From NCBI GenBank assembly GCA_054600435.1, contig BAAIJX010000001.1, forward strand, positions 620,001-684,000: DNA of 64,000 nt, written 5' to 3'. The notes under the pieces are model-generated. The model did no database searches, was not told the origin of the DNA, and saw only the letters and a list, made by a program, of their open reading frames with translations. Below, piece after piece: positions 19,525 through 31,673 of the stretch. How positions within the stretch are numbered: the first letter of the stretch is position 1; each line of letters begins with the position of its first letter. The translations under genes and the position numbers were made by a program. The stretch comes from Neophaeotheca triangularis (lineage: Eukaryota).

Positions 19525-21660
19525 TCACAACACACCACCAGGGACCTAGCACGCACAGACGTCAGCGCCCAATCCATCAGAGCCCCGTCATGAAGAACGA
19601 AGCACACTCACCTTCCCATCAGCTCTCCCACCCTCACCACTACCGCCGCTTCCCCCTCCACCTCCGCCGCCTCCACCACCACTTCCAGTACTCCCACTCC
19701 ACCCTTCCTGCGGACTAGCATGCCTCCTGAGCATAAACATAGGTTTCCTGCCTTCCTTGTCGAGTTGCTTGAAAAGCAGCAGAGGTTTCTCCTCGAGCCC
19801 AAGACAGCGCTCCTGGTCGCCGTGGACGATGTAAAGAGCGTATTGGCGCCAGTCGTCGGTGATATTGTAGCGTTTGAGGGCCTGTTGTAGGAGGGAAGGC
19901 GGGTGTGTTAGTGAGGATGTTCTTTGAGGGTATTTCGGTGCAGGAGTAGGGGGTGAGGTGGTGAGTTCTTCGTGGAAGTGGACGCGTTTGGGGGTTGGGG
20001 TGGAGGGGAGGGGTTGGAATGGGCTTGTCAAGCAGGTGTGCTGGGGTTTTGGAGTCTGAGGGAGGGGTGAGGCGAAATAGTTGGCTCGTACCACTGGTAA
20101 GACGACGCGGCAAGGGTCGTCGATGGAGACTCGGAAAGATTTGAAGATTTCGACTTGAGGGTTGTCGCGGTCGCCTCTGTTTGGGGTAGCTTTGTTAGCC
20201 CGATGCTTTCTGTCTTTGTATGTTTCGTATACTTCTGCAACGGATGGTGAGATGATGAGAGGGTAATCGTGGACGTGCCTTTCGCGCTCCCCGCGATCTC
20301 TGTCCCGTTCGCGCACGCTACCGCCGCTACCCGGAGTCTCGTCTTCTCTCGGACTTGGTGTCGGAGCTTGTCTACGCATACGATCGCGTTCTCTGTTGGT
20401 CAGTGTGCTTGCTCCGCTTTCGGGAACGGCCGTTGTAGAGCTCCAATTGCTAGTCGTAGAGTAGCCGGTACCTGTCTCTTCGTTGGCGTGCGAAGCGTAT
20501 GCTCGTGGGTCGTGTCTCGCGGACGCTGCTGTGCCATCTCGGGGAAATGATCGAGCGGCCGCCGACCCGGGCTGATGCTGGTAAGAACCGCCTGACGATG
20601 GAGCGTGAGTGCTATACGCCGGGCTTGTCGGACTCATCTGCGAACCAGGGTAGCCGTTTGGGCTTGTCTGGCTTGCCATGCTCGCTGTCAGATGACTGCT
20701 AGCCGCCATCGCCGCAGCTGAAGCCTCCAAATGCCCGCCACCATCATCCCGCACCTCTCGAGGCTGAGGAGTATGCGATTGAGGTGGATGTGTCGGTGAC
20801 GGCTGTTTCGGCGCAGATCCGAGAAAAAGTTTCTTGGTTGAAAACTTGCGGCTCAGCGAGCTACCTTTGCTCTCCTTCACAGGCAAAGGGTTCTCGTTTT
20901 GCTTTGACGAGTCGAATTCACGGGGCGAGGGGATGGTGCCACCAGAAGGATCCGGAAGAGGTGTTCTTTGGTCCTTTACGAGCCTCATGATTGGAAGCGT
21001 CTCTTCTCTCAGCTTCCGATTCTCATCAACCACTCGATCCAGATCTTGCCGCAACGTCCGGAGCTCCTTCTCAGTCGCAATTATGCGCTCGTCTCGCAGA
21101 CGTATGCTCTCAATAACACGCGCAATATCATCTTGAGTAGCTGACATGTCCCCTTTCTCTCCCTCCGCGGATAGCGGCACGTAGTCTCCGTCCTTGATCT
21201 TGACGCCTGACAGTATCTTCTGCTCGTATACAGCCCTTAGAATAGTCAGGCGATGTCCAACACTGACGATGCCCAACTCGCGAAGCTCGTCATGACCCAA
21301 ATCAACGAGGACAGAGCCATCAATCCCCTCTTCCTGCATGGCTGGCGCATATTGCCTTAATGCAGGTGACAACGAAGCAACATACTCTGCCGCCTGCTCC
21401 AAATTCCACTGTAAAATGCTTCCTGTTGGGCTCCTGCCTTCCCTGTCTGTCCAAGCCTGCGTAGTCGGAGTGTCTTCGCCATTGAGAGAGCGACGCTCTT
21501 CATCCGATTCCGAAGGGTGATCCGAAGAGCCGTCGTCATCATCATCAGCAAAGTGTGCAGGCAGCGTGGGCGAAGTGAAGACAGAGCGCTCAAACTCATC
21601 GTCCGCCTCCGCATCACTGTCGTACATGCTATCGCCCGCTTGCCTCGCATATTTGTCCAT
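19525..21660 (-). CDS. STE50: Ste50 MAPK adaptor (SAM + Ras-association domains); exons 21660-20279, 20176-20092, 19881-19612, 19545-19525
   Basis: SAM (LRELGIVSVGHRLTILRAVY), coiled coil, RA domain (EIFKSFRVSIDDPC...ALKRYNITDDWRQYALYIVHGDQERCLG...KPMFMLR); spliced C-terminus VPGGVL. Confidence 0.9.
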
Positions 21661-22846
21661 GTTGTCCGGCTCAAGCCTCTTGGCCGTCTCTGGCTGCGTA
21701 GCCGTGCCGCTCCTGCTCCTCTGAGTTTTCAAACCAGTTCTATCGCTCAAATACCTCTCTTGCGCCGTTCGTGCAGTGTGTGGAGCTAGAGCGGCGGGCT
21801 CCGCTCGCTCCCCGAAACTGGCGTCAATGGGTGTAGCAGCGAACTCGGTTTCTGCGGGACTTGCAGGGCTCGAAGGACTGGCAGGATAGCTCGAAGTCTT
21901 TTGAAGACCCGGCAGGCGATCATGCGAGGCGCCGAAGCTGCCACCAGCACCGCCAGCCCTCAGCGGCAAGATGCCGGACGCGCTCCCGGCAGAGCCTGCG
22001 GTGTTATTGCTGCTATTCCCTCGGCCCGGAATGTGGCTCGCTCTATGACTGACGCGCGATAGCCAGGAGCCTTTGGAGGAAGAAGCGGCCTGCGAGCCGT
22101 AGGCTTGGTCGTAGGTCGGTTGAGCCAGTGTGACGACGGGTCACGAGTCGGGTGCTCTTTGTGAGCAACCCGACTACAGTAGAATTGGAGGATCAGATGT
22201 GAGGTGGCTCGGGTGGGCGCCGTTTGGTATACTTGTTACACGGCGTGGCTAGGTGCCTGGAGCTGTTTCACAATGACAGGGCGGATGTAAGTTTGTAGCC
22301 GGCTATGGCTGCTGTTATTGTGACCTCACTGGCGCGATGATGTCGGCGACGAGCACGTTCTTACGAATTGGCGGAATGCGTACGGCGTCGATCCAAGGCG
22401 GGAGTTTGGATTAAATTGATCGATAGAGTTGGTAGACAGACAGACCCTTGACAGGTGAGGCGGTGGCAGTTGTTAACGGCCGGCCAGGTGCTTAAGGTTG
22501 TGCAAGCGAGCAGGGCAACCCGGGGACTTCACTCTCTATCCGCCGCGCTTAGACAGGCGGCTAATTCCTGCCAGCATCACCCCGGTCACTAGAACCTTGG
22601 AACCTTATCGTTCTAACGTCCCGCTACCTGTTTAAACTTCACTTGAACCACTTCCAGCAACGTGCTAGTCCTTGAGCTATGGTGCAGCTAAATACATGTG
22701 CATTGGCTGAGGCTTCTCCACAACACCTCAAACGATTACCACCGACCGTCAGCGTGGATCACTACTCTCTCAAAAGCCGCGGTAAGACATCGTGATCCAT
22801 CCGCATTTTCTGAAATGCTGGTAGTTCGACAAGCCCCATCTTCACT

Positions 22847-25800
22847 CTAGCTCAAAAGCTCGCGGATATCCTCAATGCGTTGCATCTTCTTTTCCTCGTC
22901 ACTCATCATGCCCAATGAGCTCGCACTGTAGCAATCTCGTTAGCCAATCGTCCCTCGTCCGGTGCGCAAAACATTCAATACTCACATAAATTTCTTCCGA
23001 TCCTGAATCCGGAGCATCTTTTCCTCAATACTCCCCTCGACAACAAACCTCGTGACTTTGACCTCTTGCGTTTGTCCCATACGATGCACGCGGTCAATAG
23101 CCTGCGCCTCAACAGCCCAGCTCCACCAGGGATCCATCATCCACACCCTGCTCGCACAAGTGAGATTGAGCCCCACGCCTCCGGCCCGCAGACTCAGCAG
23201 CAGCACGCAGAATCTAGGCTCTTCGGCGAAAATCTTGAGGATTTGCGCTCGCTGCTTTTGCGACATGGTGCCGTCGAAGCGGAGGTAGCGGATGCGAGCC
23301 GTGTCGAGGGAGGGCGAGAGGAGGTCGAGGAAGGATGTGAATTGGCTGAAGATGACGGATTTCATGTTGGGGTGCGTTTTACGGAGGGCTTTCAATTGGC
23401 GTAGCAGGGTGGTGATTTTGGCGGAAGAGAGGGCATTGTGACGGCGGAGTGAGACGCGTACGGTGGAAGTTGAGGGTTCTGTGGACTTGGAGGGCTGCTG
23501 CGTGCTGCCATACAAGTCTTCTTCCCCTTCTTCCTCGTTCACAGCGTCTAGTAGAGGGTCGCCTAGGGAGTCATCATGTTCTTCATGACGAATGACTTCG
23601 AACACGTCCCGCGCGTTGATGGGTTCTCGGCAGCTGAAGCAACGCGGCAGCTCGCCTTTGCTTCTTTGGTGCTCAATGTAGTCGAGCAGACATTTTTTGC
23701 ACGCAGAGTGCCAGCAGCCTGTGACGGCCTGCTCTTCCATTGGCTCCTCGCTACAGATCGGACACTCCATGTCCGCGTCCGCTTGAATCTGTTTAAGGAC
23801 GTGAGCGCCGTACTTAGAGGCGTCTTGCTCTCCCTCATCAGCTTCGAAACGTTCGACCAGAGAACTCAAATCCATGTCGTCCGCGAGCCCGTTGGCGACG
23901 TCCGAAGCCGCTGCTGCATCGTCTTCTTCTGCCAGTATTGTTTTGTTGCGGGTCAAAATCGGATGGCAGCACGATTGTCGCAGCCGCAATATTTGAGCGA
24001 AGATTGCAGCGTAGCTTTTCATGAGCGTGCCTGCTTCCATGTTCGAAGAGAACGTTCGCTTAGTACGGGCGTAAATGTGATGGTACACTTCTGATTCCGG
24101 AGTCGAGAATTTGATGCGCTCTACGTCAATTGTTCGAGGCGGAAGGGGGACCAGGGCTTGGCCATCAGGCGTCTTCATATCCTTGGTCCTGCGAAGTACT
24201 AATGGCTCCAGGACTGTTTGCACCACATCCAGCGCGCGAACGAAATCGCCCTTCTCAAAAGGCGTTGTGATAAACGTCTTCCAGAAGCTGAAATTGGACC
24301 ATGGCTCGACACGTAGAAAGCGCACCAAACTGAAGAGATCTTCCAGCCGGTTCACGATAGGTGTGCCGGTCAAGGTCCATCTGTGCGTAGCAGCTAGCTC
24401 GTAGCATGCCTTTGCGGTTTTGGACTGCCTGTTTTTTATCATGTGGGCTTCGTCAAGGATGATGCGCCAGTAATCAAGACTGAATATTCCGCCGTGATTG
24501 CCTCTGTTGCCGCCTTGTCCGGCAACAGCGTTGTACTCGGACAAGACGGTACCGTAGCTTGTGATGATCAGATTGGGTGCGTTGGCAGCATTCGAGGCGC
24601 AACAAAGGTTTTGCAAATTGGCACCTCTCTCGCTGCCGTAGTATAGAAGAACCTTCAGCGACCCAGACTTGGACGCCTTCTCTGCTTCACTCGCCCATTG
24701 CGCTAGAAGAGACATCGGGGCAACTACGAGTGTTGTAGCGGGTGCTCGCTCGATTTCGCTAGACTTGTTCGGCAAGCGTGGCAGACTATTCACGGTCTCG
24801 CTGCCGTTAACGTCCATGGCGGCTTGCTGCTCTGGCGAAGAATTGGTATGCATGAGCGAAAGCATCTCGATTGTCTTTCCGAGACCCATCTCGTCAGCTA
24901 GAACACCGCCGAGACAGTTTTGCTCTTGCACAGGGAAGTCAAGGCTGAGCTCGCCAGAGTAGGGGTTGACGTAGAAGCAGTCTTGGTCTTGAACCGACGG
25001 TAGATCTTTGTCCTCGACATCCTTCGCTGGCCAGGCGTACTCCTCCCACAAAGGATGCATCGACTGCTCCTTGTTGGCATCTTTCTCCGAATTCTCTTTA
25101 CTCATCATCCAATGTAGAGCTTGCCGTTGATATTTCCGAAGATCCATGGTGAAAGTCGAAGCTGGCTGCGCTTCAGGGGTATTGAAGTCAAATGACTGAG
25201 CTTTCTTGTACAAGCTGTCAAGCTGATCTTGCTCCAGTTCCTCGCCCTCTTCTTCCGCGTCTTCAGAAGGTGGGCTTGAGCCCCTATTGTTTGGCGTGCT
25301 GTCACCTTTGCTCTTCTTTCCACCGTCTTGTGTAGAACCATATTGCTCCGCCACCTCAGCAGCTTGTAGAATGCCTTCTCTCTTGTGCTTTGCTGTAGTC
25401 TCGTTGATCTTGGTCGGATGGAGATTGATCTCAGAGAACAGCTTGACAAGCCCGACCTGTCGAATGCGTAGGTCACGCTCGTCTACCGTCTCCCTTGTCT
25501 CGAAGATACCAGTCTCTCGGTTATTTTCCAACGGCTTAATGTAGTTGCTCGAATCAAAGGCTCCTTTCAGCAGATAGCATCGAAGCTGCAAATACACCGT
25601 ATCGTTCGTTCGGAGCCTCTCTGGTGCAAAAACACAGTGACCCTCGAATTGACAAACCTTCTGATCAATGAGTGTGCTTATCCAGGCAGCATTCTCTTTC
25701 TCTAGCCTGCCGACTTCCTGCCCTTTGCTGTTTGTGAAGCGCACGATAACGTCTTGGGTCCTTCTCATAACCTGCTTCGTCTTGCCGCCCTTGCCTGGCT

Positions 25801-26404
25801 TCTGAGGCGCCTGCTGCTTCACACGCTCGAGATTGATCGTTTCATCCGGGGCCAAGATGTTGGTGCCACTTCTTGTCGTCCATCCCGCAACACCCAAGGC
25901 ACCGATGTAGCGTTGGTTCGGCGTTGAAGACAGAGTGTCTGCTTTCGAAGACGAAGACGCCGCGTCTTTACGAGAGGACGAGCCATTGGTTCTCGCTTGA
26001 CTCGCCGTCCCACTAGACTCTTTCCTAAACGCTAATGGTTTCTGAGTATCTGGTGGAGGCCCTAGTCGTGGTTTCTGCGGCGAGGGAGTCTTCCAGGACC
26101 CATCAAAGTATGCGTTTACGGCGCGCTCGAGGTTGTTGCCACAAGAAGCCTGAAGGGATCTGACAGCTTTTTCCGGCACTTCTGCACCCACAAATCCTTT
26201 AAATGTCGCAACATCGAACGTGTTCTCCTTCTCGTCGCTCGATGGGGCCTCGGTAGGCAGGCTCGAAGACGCAAGAGGTGCTTCGGGGATGGTGTTGATT
26301 TCGTCTGGGAGATTCGGTTCGGCCGTGAGAGAGGCGTCTTCATCGACTGTGTCTTCAACAAAGAAACGGCGTTTCTTGTGAGGCCTCTCGTGGATGTCAG
26401 CCAT
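22847..26404 (-). CDS. RAD5: DNA repair protein Rad5 (HIRAN, SNF2 helicase, RING); exons 26404-22986, 22925-22847
   Basis: HIRAN region, GGVLADEMGLGKT, DEAH, RING CPIC...CWHSAC...CFSC, QAIDRVHRMGQ; last exon ASSLGMMSDEEKKMQRIEDIRELLS. Confidence 0.95.
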
Positions 26405-26878
26405 GCTTTCCAATGGCGAGTGAGTGTGTGAGTGGTTGGAAGGCGTTGTTGTGTGGTCTGATCAGAAGTCGCCGTTGCGGGAGACGCGATGAGACGCGTT
26501 AATTGATTGATACCGAAGTACTGTACCTCCAAGTAGTACCCGACTACCTAAAGTGTTAGCCGCCGTCGGTGACGCCTGCTGTTGCTTTCCCGAGGACAGC
26601 CCGTTGGTAGTCCGTTGGTAGTCCGCATTTGGCTTTTGCCTCTTGTCTGTTCGCATGTGATGAAGAGCTGGCTTAACTAAGTTACTTATTATTTTGTTAT
26701 TATTATACCTCCTAGTACAGGAGCTATCTTGAGCTACCTTTAGCTTCCTCAATCGTCCTCTCTTTCCTGTCAAATTGGTAATCGACTATTGACTCAATCA
26801 ATTGACGAGTACCCATAGTGAGGGGAACGTACAGCAATATTTATTAGTCCCGTCGCAGCCTCTGTCCTCCTCCGGACC

Positions 26879-28060
26879 ATGAACAACGCCCGCCTCCTTT
26901 GCGACCGGACACCGCAGGCACTTCAAAAGCATCCGCGTGTTGCTTCTCGTCTTGTTCATGCCTCGCAGAAACGATTCGCAAGTAACAATGTCAGTCAGCC
27001 CGCAGGCGTCATTAGTTCTGCTGCGGAGATACTGTCTGCGCGAAGATTCTGCCTCGACACTTTGAGGCGTTACGATACGCCTTCGTCTCTACTCTTGCCT
27101 TACATCCCCAACCATGCTCGCGACGCATACATTGCCTTGCGTGCTTTCAACATCGACGTTGCACGCACTGCCGATACCACTTCGACACCCACAATTGGGG
27201 CGATGCGGTTGCAGTTCCAGCGGGATGCAGTGACCAAAGCTTTGGCGGGTTCGCCACCCAAGCAACCCATCTCGATACTCCTTGCCAAAGCAGCGGATGA
27301 CATCGAGGCCGTTTCCGACGGCAAAACGAAGTGGAGCAGAAGCTGGTTCATGCGTCTTGTCGACACTCGCGAAAAGCATTTGTCGAACCCGCCCTACCAG
27401 AATGTCGCCGCTCTGGAGAGTTATGCGGAAAATACCTACAGCACTTTGTTGTATCTCACTTTGCAGGCACTCCCCATGGCCAGCCTAACCGCTGACCACG
27501 TCGCGAGTCACATTGGTAAGGCGACCGGCATCGCGGCCGTGTTGCGCGGCCTTCCGCTCATTGCCTTCCCTGGACCCGCCAACAGCCACAGCAATCAAGG
27601 GCAAATGTCTGGAGACGTTGGGTCAACTCGGCAGGGGGCTGTCTTATTACCCTTGGACGTCATGGCAGAGGCTGGTGTTCGCGAAGAAGACGTACTCCGG
27701 AATGGAGCCGACGCCCATGGATTGCGCGATGCCGTCTTTAATGTGGCCACGCGCGCAAATGACCACTTAATCACAGCCCGCCAAATGCTTACCAACATCA
27801 AAGCCGGTCAAGATGCAGGCCACGAGTTCGAACACCAAGACGAAGAAGAGCACGTGTACTTGCCGTCGGTAAGCAAAGCAGAGACTCAGGCGCAAGAAGT
27901 CGAAAGGGCATTTGGAGCTTTCATGCCAGCTGTTGCCACTCAACTGTGGCTCGACAGACTTCAAAAACAAGATTTTGATGTCTTTTCGCCCAAGCTGAGA
28001 GTCACTGATTGGAAGTTACCATTCAAGGCTTTCCGAGGGTACTATCGCCGCAGTCTTTGA
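26879..28060 (+). CDS. squalene/phytoene synthase-like complex I assembly factor (NDUFAF6-like)
   Basis: Presequence-like N-terminus; ALRAFNIDVA, LESYAENTYSTLLYL, HIGKATGIAAVLRG, DFDVF motifs. Confidence 0.88.
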   Translation: MNNARLLCDRTPQALQKHPRVASRLVHASQKRFASNNVSQPAGVISSAAEILSARRFCLDTLRRYDTPSSLLLPYIPNHARDAYIALRAFNIDVARTADTTSTPTIGAMRLQFQRDAVTKALAGSPPKQPISILLAKAADDIEAVSDGKTKWSRSWFMRLVDTREKHLSNPPYQNVAALESYAENTYSTLLYLTLQALPMASLTADHVASHIGKATGIAAVLRGLPLIAFPGPANSHSNQGQMSGDVGSTRQGAVLLPLDVMAEAGVREEDVLRNGADAHGLRDAVFNVATRANDHLITARQMLTNIKAGQDAGHEFEHQDEEEHVYLPSVSKAETQAQEVERAFGAFMPAVATQLWLDRLQKQDFDVFSPKLRVTDWKLPFKAFRGYYRRSL

Positions 28061-28670
28061 TGGCTGCCAGCAGTACTCGACCATCGAATTTGGACTGTGT
28101 GAAAGTGGGAACCTGGAGATGCCAGACTTATTGCTTTATTGCTGACATTACAAGAAGCGTGGTTCGTACATTTGCACACCGCTCGTCCGTAGCTAGATGC
28201 AGATGCGCAAAACACCATTTGATGTTTACGCTATTGGCGCATGAGATAGGGCGAGCCGCGGTGGTCCATTTCCAAAAAGCGCTGGACTATGGCAATGGCG
28301 CACGCTACGTGCCGACTGGGGCCATGGTTGCTTCCGTCGGAGGTCAGCAAGAAGGTGCACTTGAATTGTTATCCCTTCAAGAAGTCTGGCGACCTCTTCT
28401 TCTTCTTCTTTCCTCCATCGGAAATGCGATCTGCATCTTACACTGCAGGCATCGAACGTTCAGATCGCCCACCGTAGTCCTGTCAAACGCTCAGCGGCCT
28501 TCAGCGAACTCGCAGCATCCAGCTACAAAAGGCTGACAGTCTTGCTCCATCGACCGCCAGCTCATCGTCAAGATCCGCCGGTCGCACAACAGCCGCGATA
28601 TCGACGCCCTCTGAGGACTGATCTTTCCAACTTACTGTAAGCCGCAACACCGACGGAACGAGTAGAGCAA

Positions 28671-29468
28671 ATGTCAACCCACGCGACCTCCAAAATGCAA
28701 GCCCCGTATTACACGGTGCCCTTGTTCTCGCACCCGATCAAGCTGGATGGTAGCACCTCGGCAAACGCAGGGCCCTCCATCGCCGAGATCAACGAGACGT
28801 CCGACACCGACTCTGACGCCTCTGCCATGGGGGTGGAGTCGGACATCGTGTGCCCTTTCGAACGCTGTTCTGGGACGAAGATTGCCTACCGCGCTCTATT
28901 GGACAGTCACGACAAACTTGAATACAAGACATTCGAGGTGACTTCTTGGAGAGACAAGTACCAGCGAAAAAACCATGAGCTCCGCCTTGCGCTTCACGGG
29001 ACTCAGCAAGAACTTTACGCTTGTAAGCGCGAGATTGCCGTTCGCGGCGGCAGGCTCGTCACCATGGAAGCGGCGCTGGGCCAAGCCGGTTACCAGTGCG
29101 TGCAGATAGGCCGTGACAACCACTTCATGGTTATACCCTCTGCGCATATGCAACCCCGCCCGGGAAACCTCCAAGTTCCCCGCCAGCGCGACTTCGAATC
29201 CATGGACGCCGGTGCCACGAACCTCAACAGCCGCAACACCCGTCCATTCAATACCAATCGCTATGCTGCGCAGCCCGCGGCCCCCGTCGACGAGAAAGTC
29301 AATCAGGATCTTAAGGCCATGGACCTCAACGGCGACAAGTTCACCGTGCCTGTCGTCATCACCGACGACAAGAAGTTGGAGATCGAAGATGAGGTCGCCG
29401 AAGATCGCGTTAACAGCGCCTCCGAGCGCGACTGCCTGTCTCCTGCCGAAGCCCAGCCCTCTGCCTAA
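28671..29468 (+). CDS. hypothetical protein with a short coiled-coil segment
   Basis: 265-codon ORF with coding-like C/G third positions in an otherwise empty interval; no recognisable motif. Confidence 0.6.
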   Translation: MSTHATSKMQAPYYTVPLFSHPIKLDGSTSANAGPSIAEINETSDTDSDASAMGVESDIVCPFERCSGTKIAYRALLDSHDKLEYKTFEVTSWRDKYQRKNHELRLALHGTQQELYACKREIAVRGGRLVTMEAALGQAGYQCVQIGRDNHFMVIPSAHMQPRPGNLQVPRQRDFESMDAGATNLNSRNTRPFNTNRYAAQPAAPVDEKVNQDLKAMDLNGDKFTVPVVITDDKKLEIEDEVAEDRVNSASERDCLSPAEAQPSA

Positions 29469-29896
29469 ATTCGCATTGGTCTCTCGCCCGGCTTTGACAA
29501 CCGGGACTTCTCACGATTGTAACCGGTCACGCTCGATAAGGGAGGGTTTGGAGGGAATGAGGAGCGGGTGCTTTGCGAATCTGAGCAGTAGTTGTACATG
29601 AGATGGCCTGGCGGGAGTTACTGTTCGCTGGGTACGATTATGAACCCCTTTGCAGTACGCTCACTTCTCAGCATCCACCGGCCCCTGCGCATTTCTGTAC
29701 ATGGAGAAAACTTCCCGAAGGACTAAGGACCAGTTCTGGCAATGTGCTTTTGTATTAAGTTTATAGACTGTATACTACCTCAAGAACAACCGTACACGAA
29801 CTCTGTCACAAAAGGCACATTTATGATATCAAATACCAAGTATGTAGTCGTCGCTACGTCTGCATCGCAAAGTGTATACACCACGTAACTCGCCAT

Positions 29897-31387
29897 CTAC
29901 ACGCTAATCGTCTTAAACACCCCAAAACCGCTGCCCCCCGTCGCGATCAAAGCGCCCGGAACCTGCGGGTGCCAGTGACACTCCTTGACCATGTCCATAT
30001 AATGCACAAACAGCAACTGCGGCGGCACGTCACTGACATCGGCCGTATACCTGCTCTCCTCGTCATCCAACTCGACGGCCAAATCCCACAAAGTCAGCGT
30101 GTTATCGCCCGCGCAGACGGAGATGATGGAATTGTCCGTGGGATGCCACTCGAGACTGGTGATTTGCTCCTTGTGGAAATCAAAGTGCGCGACGGGTTTG
30201 GACTCTGCTGCGGCCGCGGTGGATTTCCAGTTTCGCAAGTCCCAGACGCTCCAGCTGCCGTCGTCGTGGCCCGAGGCTAGGAGGTAGTTTTCCGTGCGCG
30301 ACCAGGAGAGCACGTTGACGTCGGTTTGGCTCGCTTGGACTGAGACGTTGTGGGAGCGGGATTTGGAGCGCGAGTCCCAGATCTTGACGGTGCCGTCCGA
30401 TGAGGCGGAGGCGAAGACGTTGCGGTCGTTGGGCTGCCACTGCAATTCTTCCACTGAGCCTGCGTGGCCGGTGAAGGCCCGGTCGTCGGTTACGAAGCCC
30501 CCGCCGTCGGTGCGCGTGGTGGTGAATATTTTGCCCGCGCTGTCGCCAGTGATGAGCTTACCCGCGGGGACTTGGGGCGACCAGTCTAGGGCGTAGCCTT
30601 CGGTTTTCTTGTGGGCGCGGATAGTGCTGAGGGGTTTGCTGGCCGTGGTGGGGATTTGGTAGCCCGGCTCGTCGAAGGCGCGGAGGTGCGGCGTGATGTC
30701 GTGGATGAGGACGTCGCCGGATTCTTGCATGGAGGCTGTGATGGTTGTTGGTGGGGTCGAGGAGCTGGCTTGTGGGGATTGGTGGGCGCGGATGCGATTG
30801 GTGGTGGAGGTTAGGGGAATGGTCTTGGTTTCGAGGATCGGGTCCGTGGTTGCTTCGTCGTCGTCATCATCTTCCTCGTCTGAGTCAATGTTGCCGGCTT
30901 GATCGTTGCGGGAGAGGCCGGAGAGTTTCATGACCATGATTTGGTTGTCTTTTTCGCGGCCCGCTGCTGCTTGTGTTCCCGCCACTGCGTACATGGTTGC
31001 GGGATAGGATTTGCGGTTGTCGCCGAGCTGGTCCTTGAGAACGTCCATGGAAAGACACGGCCAGTTGGACTCCATAGTATGCAGCATTTCGTAGGTACTC
31101 AGATCGGGTGAAAGGGTCTGTCCGGGATCCAGTTTGTTTCGGCCGGGGATGAAAGTCTTCTGGTCTAGCTCCATGCCTGATGCCGCCCTCTCCTCTGCCT
31201 CCCTCTCCTCGTCCGGCCTTCCGTCTACACCGGCTTCCATGATCTCGTCCTCGCTTTCGAATTCATCCTCGAATTCATCTTCGAATTCCTCGCCTTCAGC
31301 AGTTGCGACATCAGCTACCGGGCGCTCGCCACTTTTCAGAGCGCCAGGCGAGGCCTCTTCGTCATCTTGAGCGGGACGTTTGGACAT
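29897..31387 (-). CDS. RRB1: ribosome assembly WD40 protein Rrb1 (GRWD1)
   Basis: Acidic N-terminus, STYEMLH..WPCLSMD, EGYALDWS, GHAGSVEELQW, VPPQLLFVH, C-terminal FKTISV; ATG at 31387 (MSKRPA). Confidence 0.95.
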   Translation of the reverse strand: MSKRPAQDDEEASPGALKSGERPVADVATAEGEEFEDEFEDEFESEDEIMEAGVDGRPDEEREAEERAASGMELDQKTFIPGRNKLDPGQTLSPDLSTYEMLHTMESNWPCLSMDVLKDQLGDNRKSYPATMYAVAGTQAAAGREKDNQIMVMKLSGLSRNDQAGNIDSDEEDDDDDEATTDPILETKTIPLTSTTNRIRAHQSPQASSSTPPTTITASMQESGDVLIHDITPHLRAFDEPGYQIPTTASKPLSTIRAHKKTEGYALDWSPQVPAGKLITGDSAGKIFTTTRTDGGGFVTDDRAFTGHAGSVEELQWQPNDRNVFASASSDGTVKIWDSRSKSRSHNVSVQASQTDVNVLSWSRTENYLLASGHDDGSWSVWDLRNWKSTAAAAESKPVAHFDFHKEQITSLEWHPTDNSIISVCAGDNTLTLWDLAVELDDEESRYTADVSDVPPQLLFVHYMDMVKECHWHPQVPGALIATGGSGFGVFKTISV

Positions 31388-31672
31388 GTTGTAGTTTTCG
31401 AAATGTGCAAAGGGGGTTTTCGTAGTTTTCAACCTTTGCCTTGTCGGGGGTTTCTGTGCAATGTTGGCCGACCAAATTAATATGAATTTTTGTGTCAAAT
31501 GGCAGTGTTAGTCAGCAACTTAGATTGCCTACCTAGGTTAGGTAGGTATAAGTTGTGATATGCATGATGTGCACTAGCGTGTTGCTTGGCCAGGTCGCGT
31601 TGTGGCCCGAGTTTGTGTTTGGCCGTTTCTTCAGCTTGATTGGCTCTCGTCGACCTCAATTGCAGCACACCA

Positions 31673-31673
31673 C

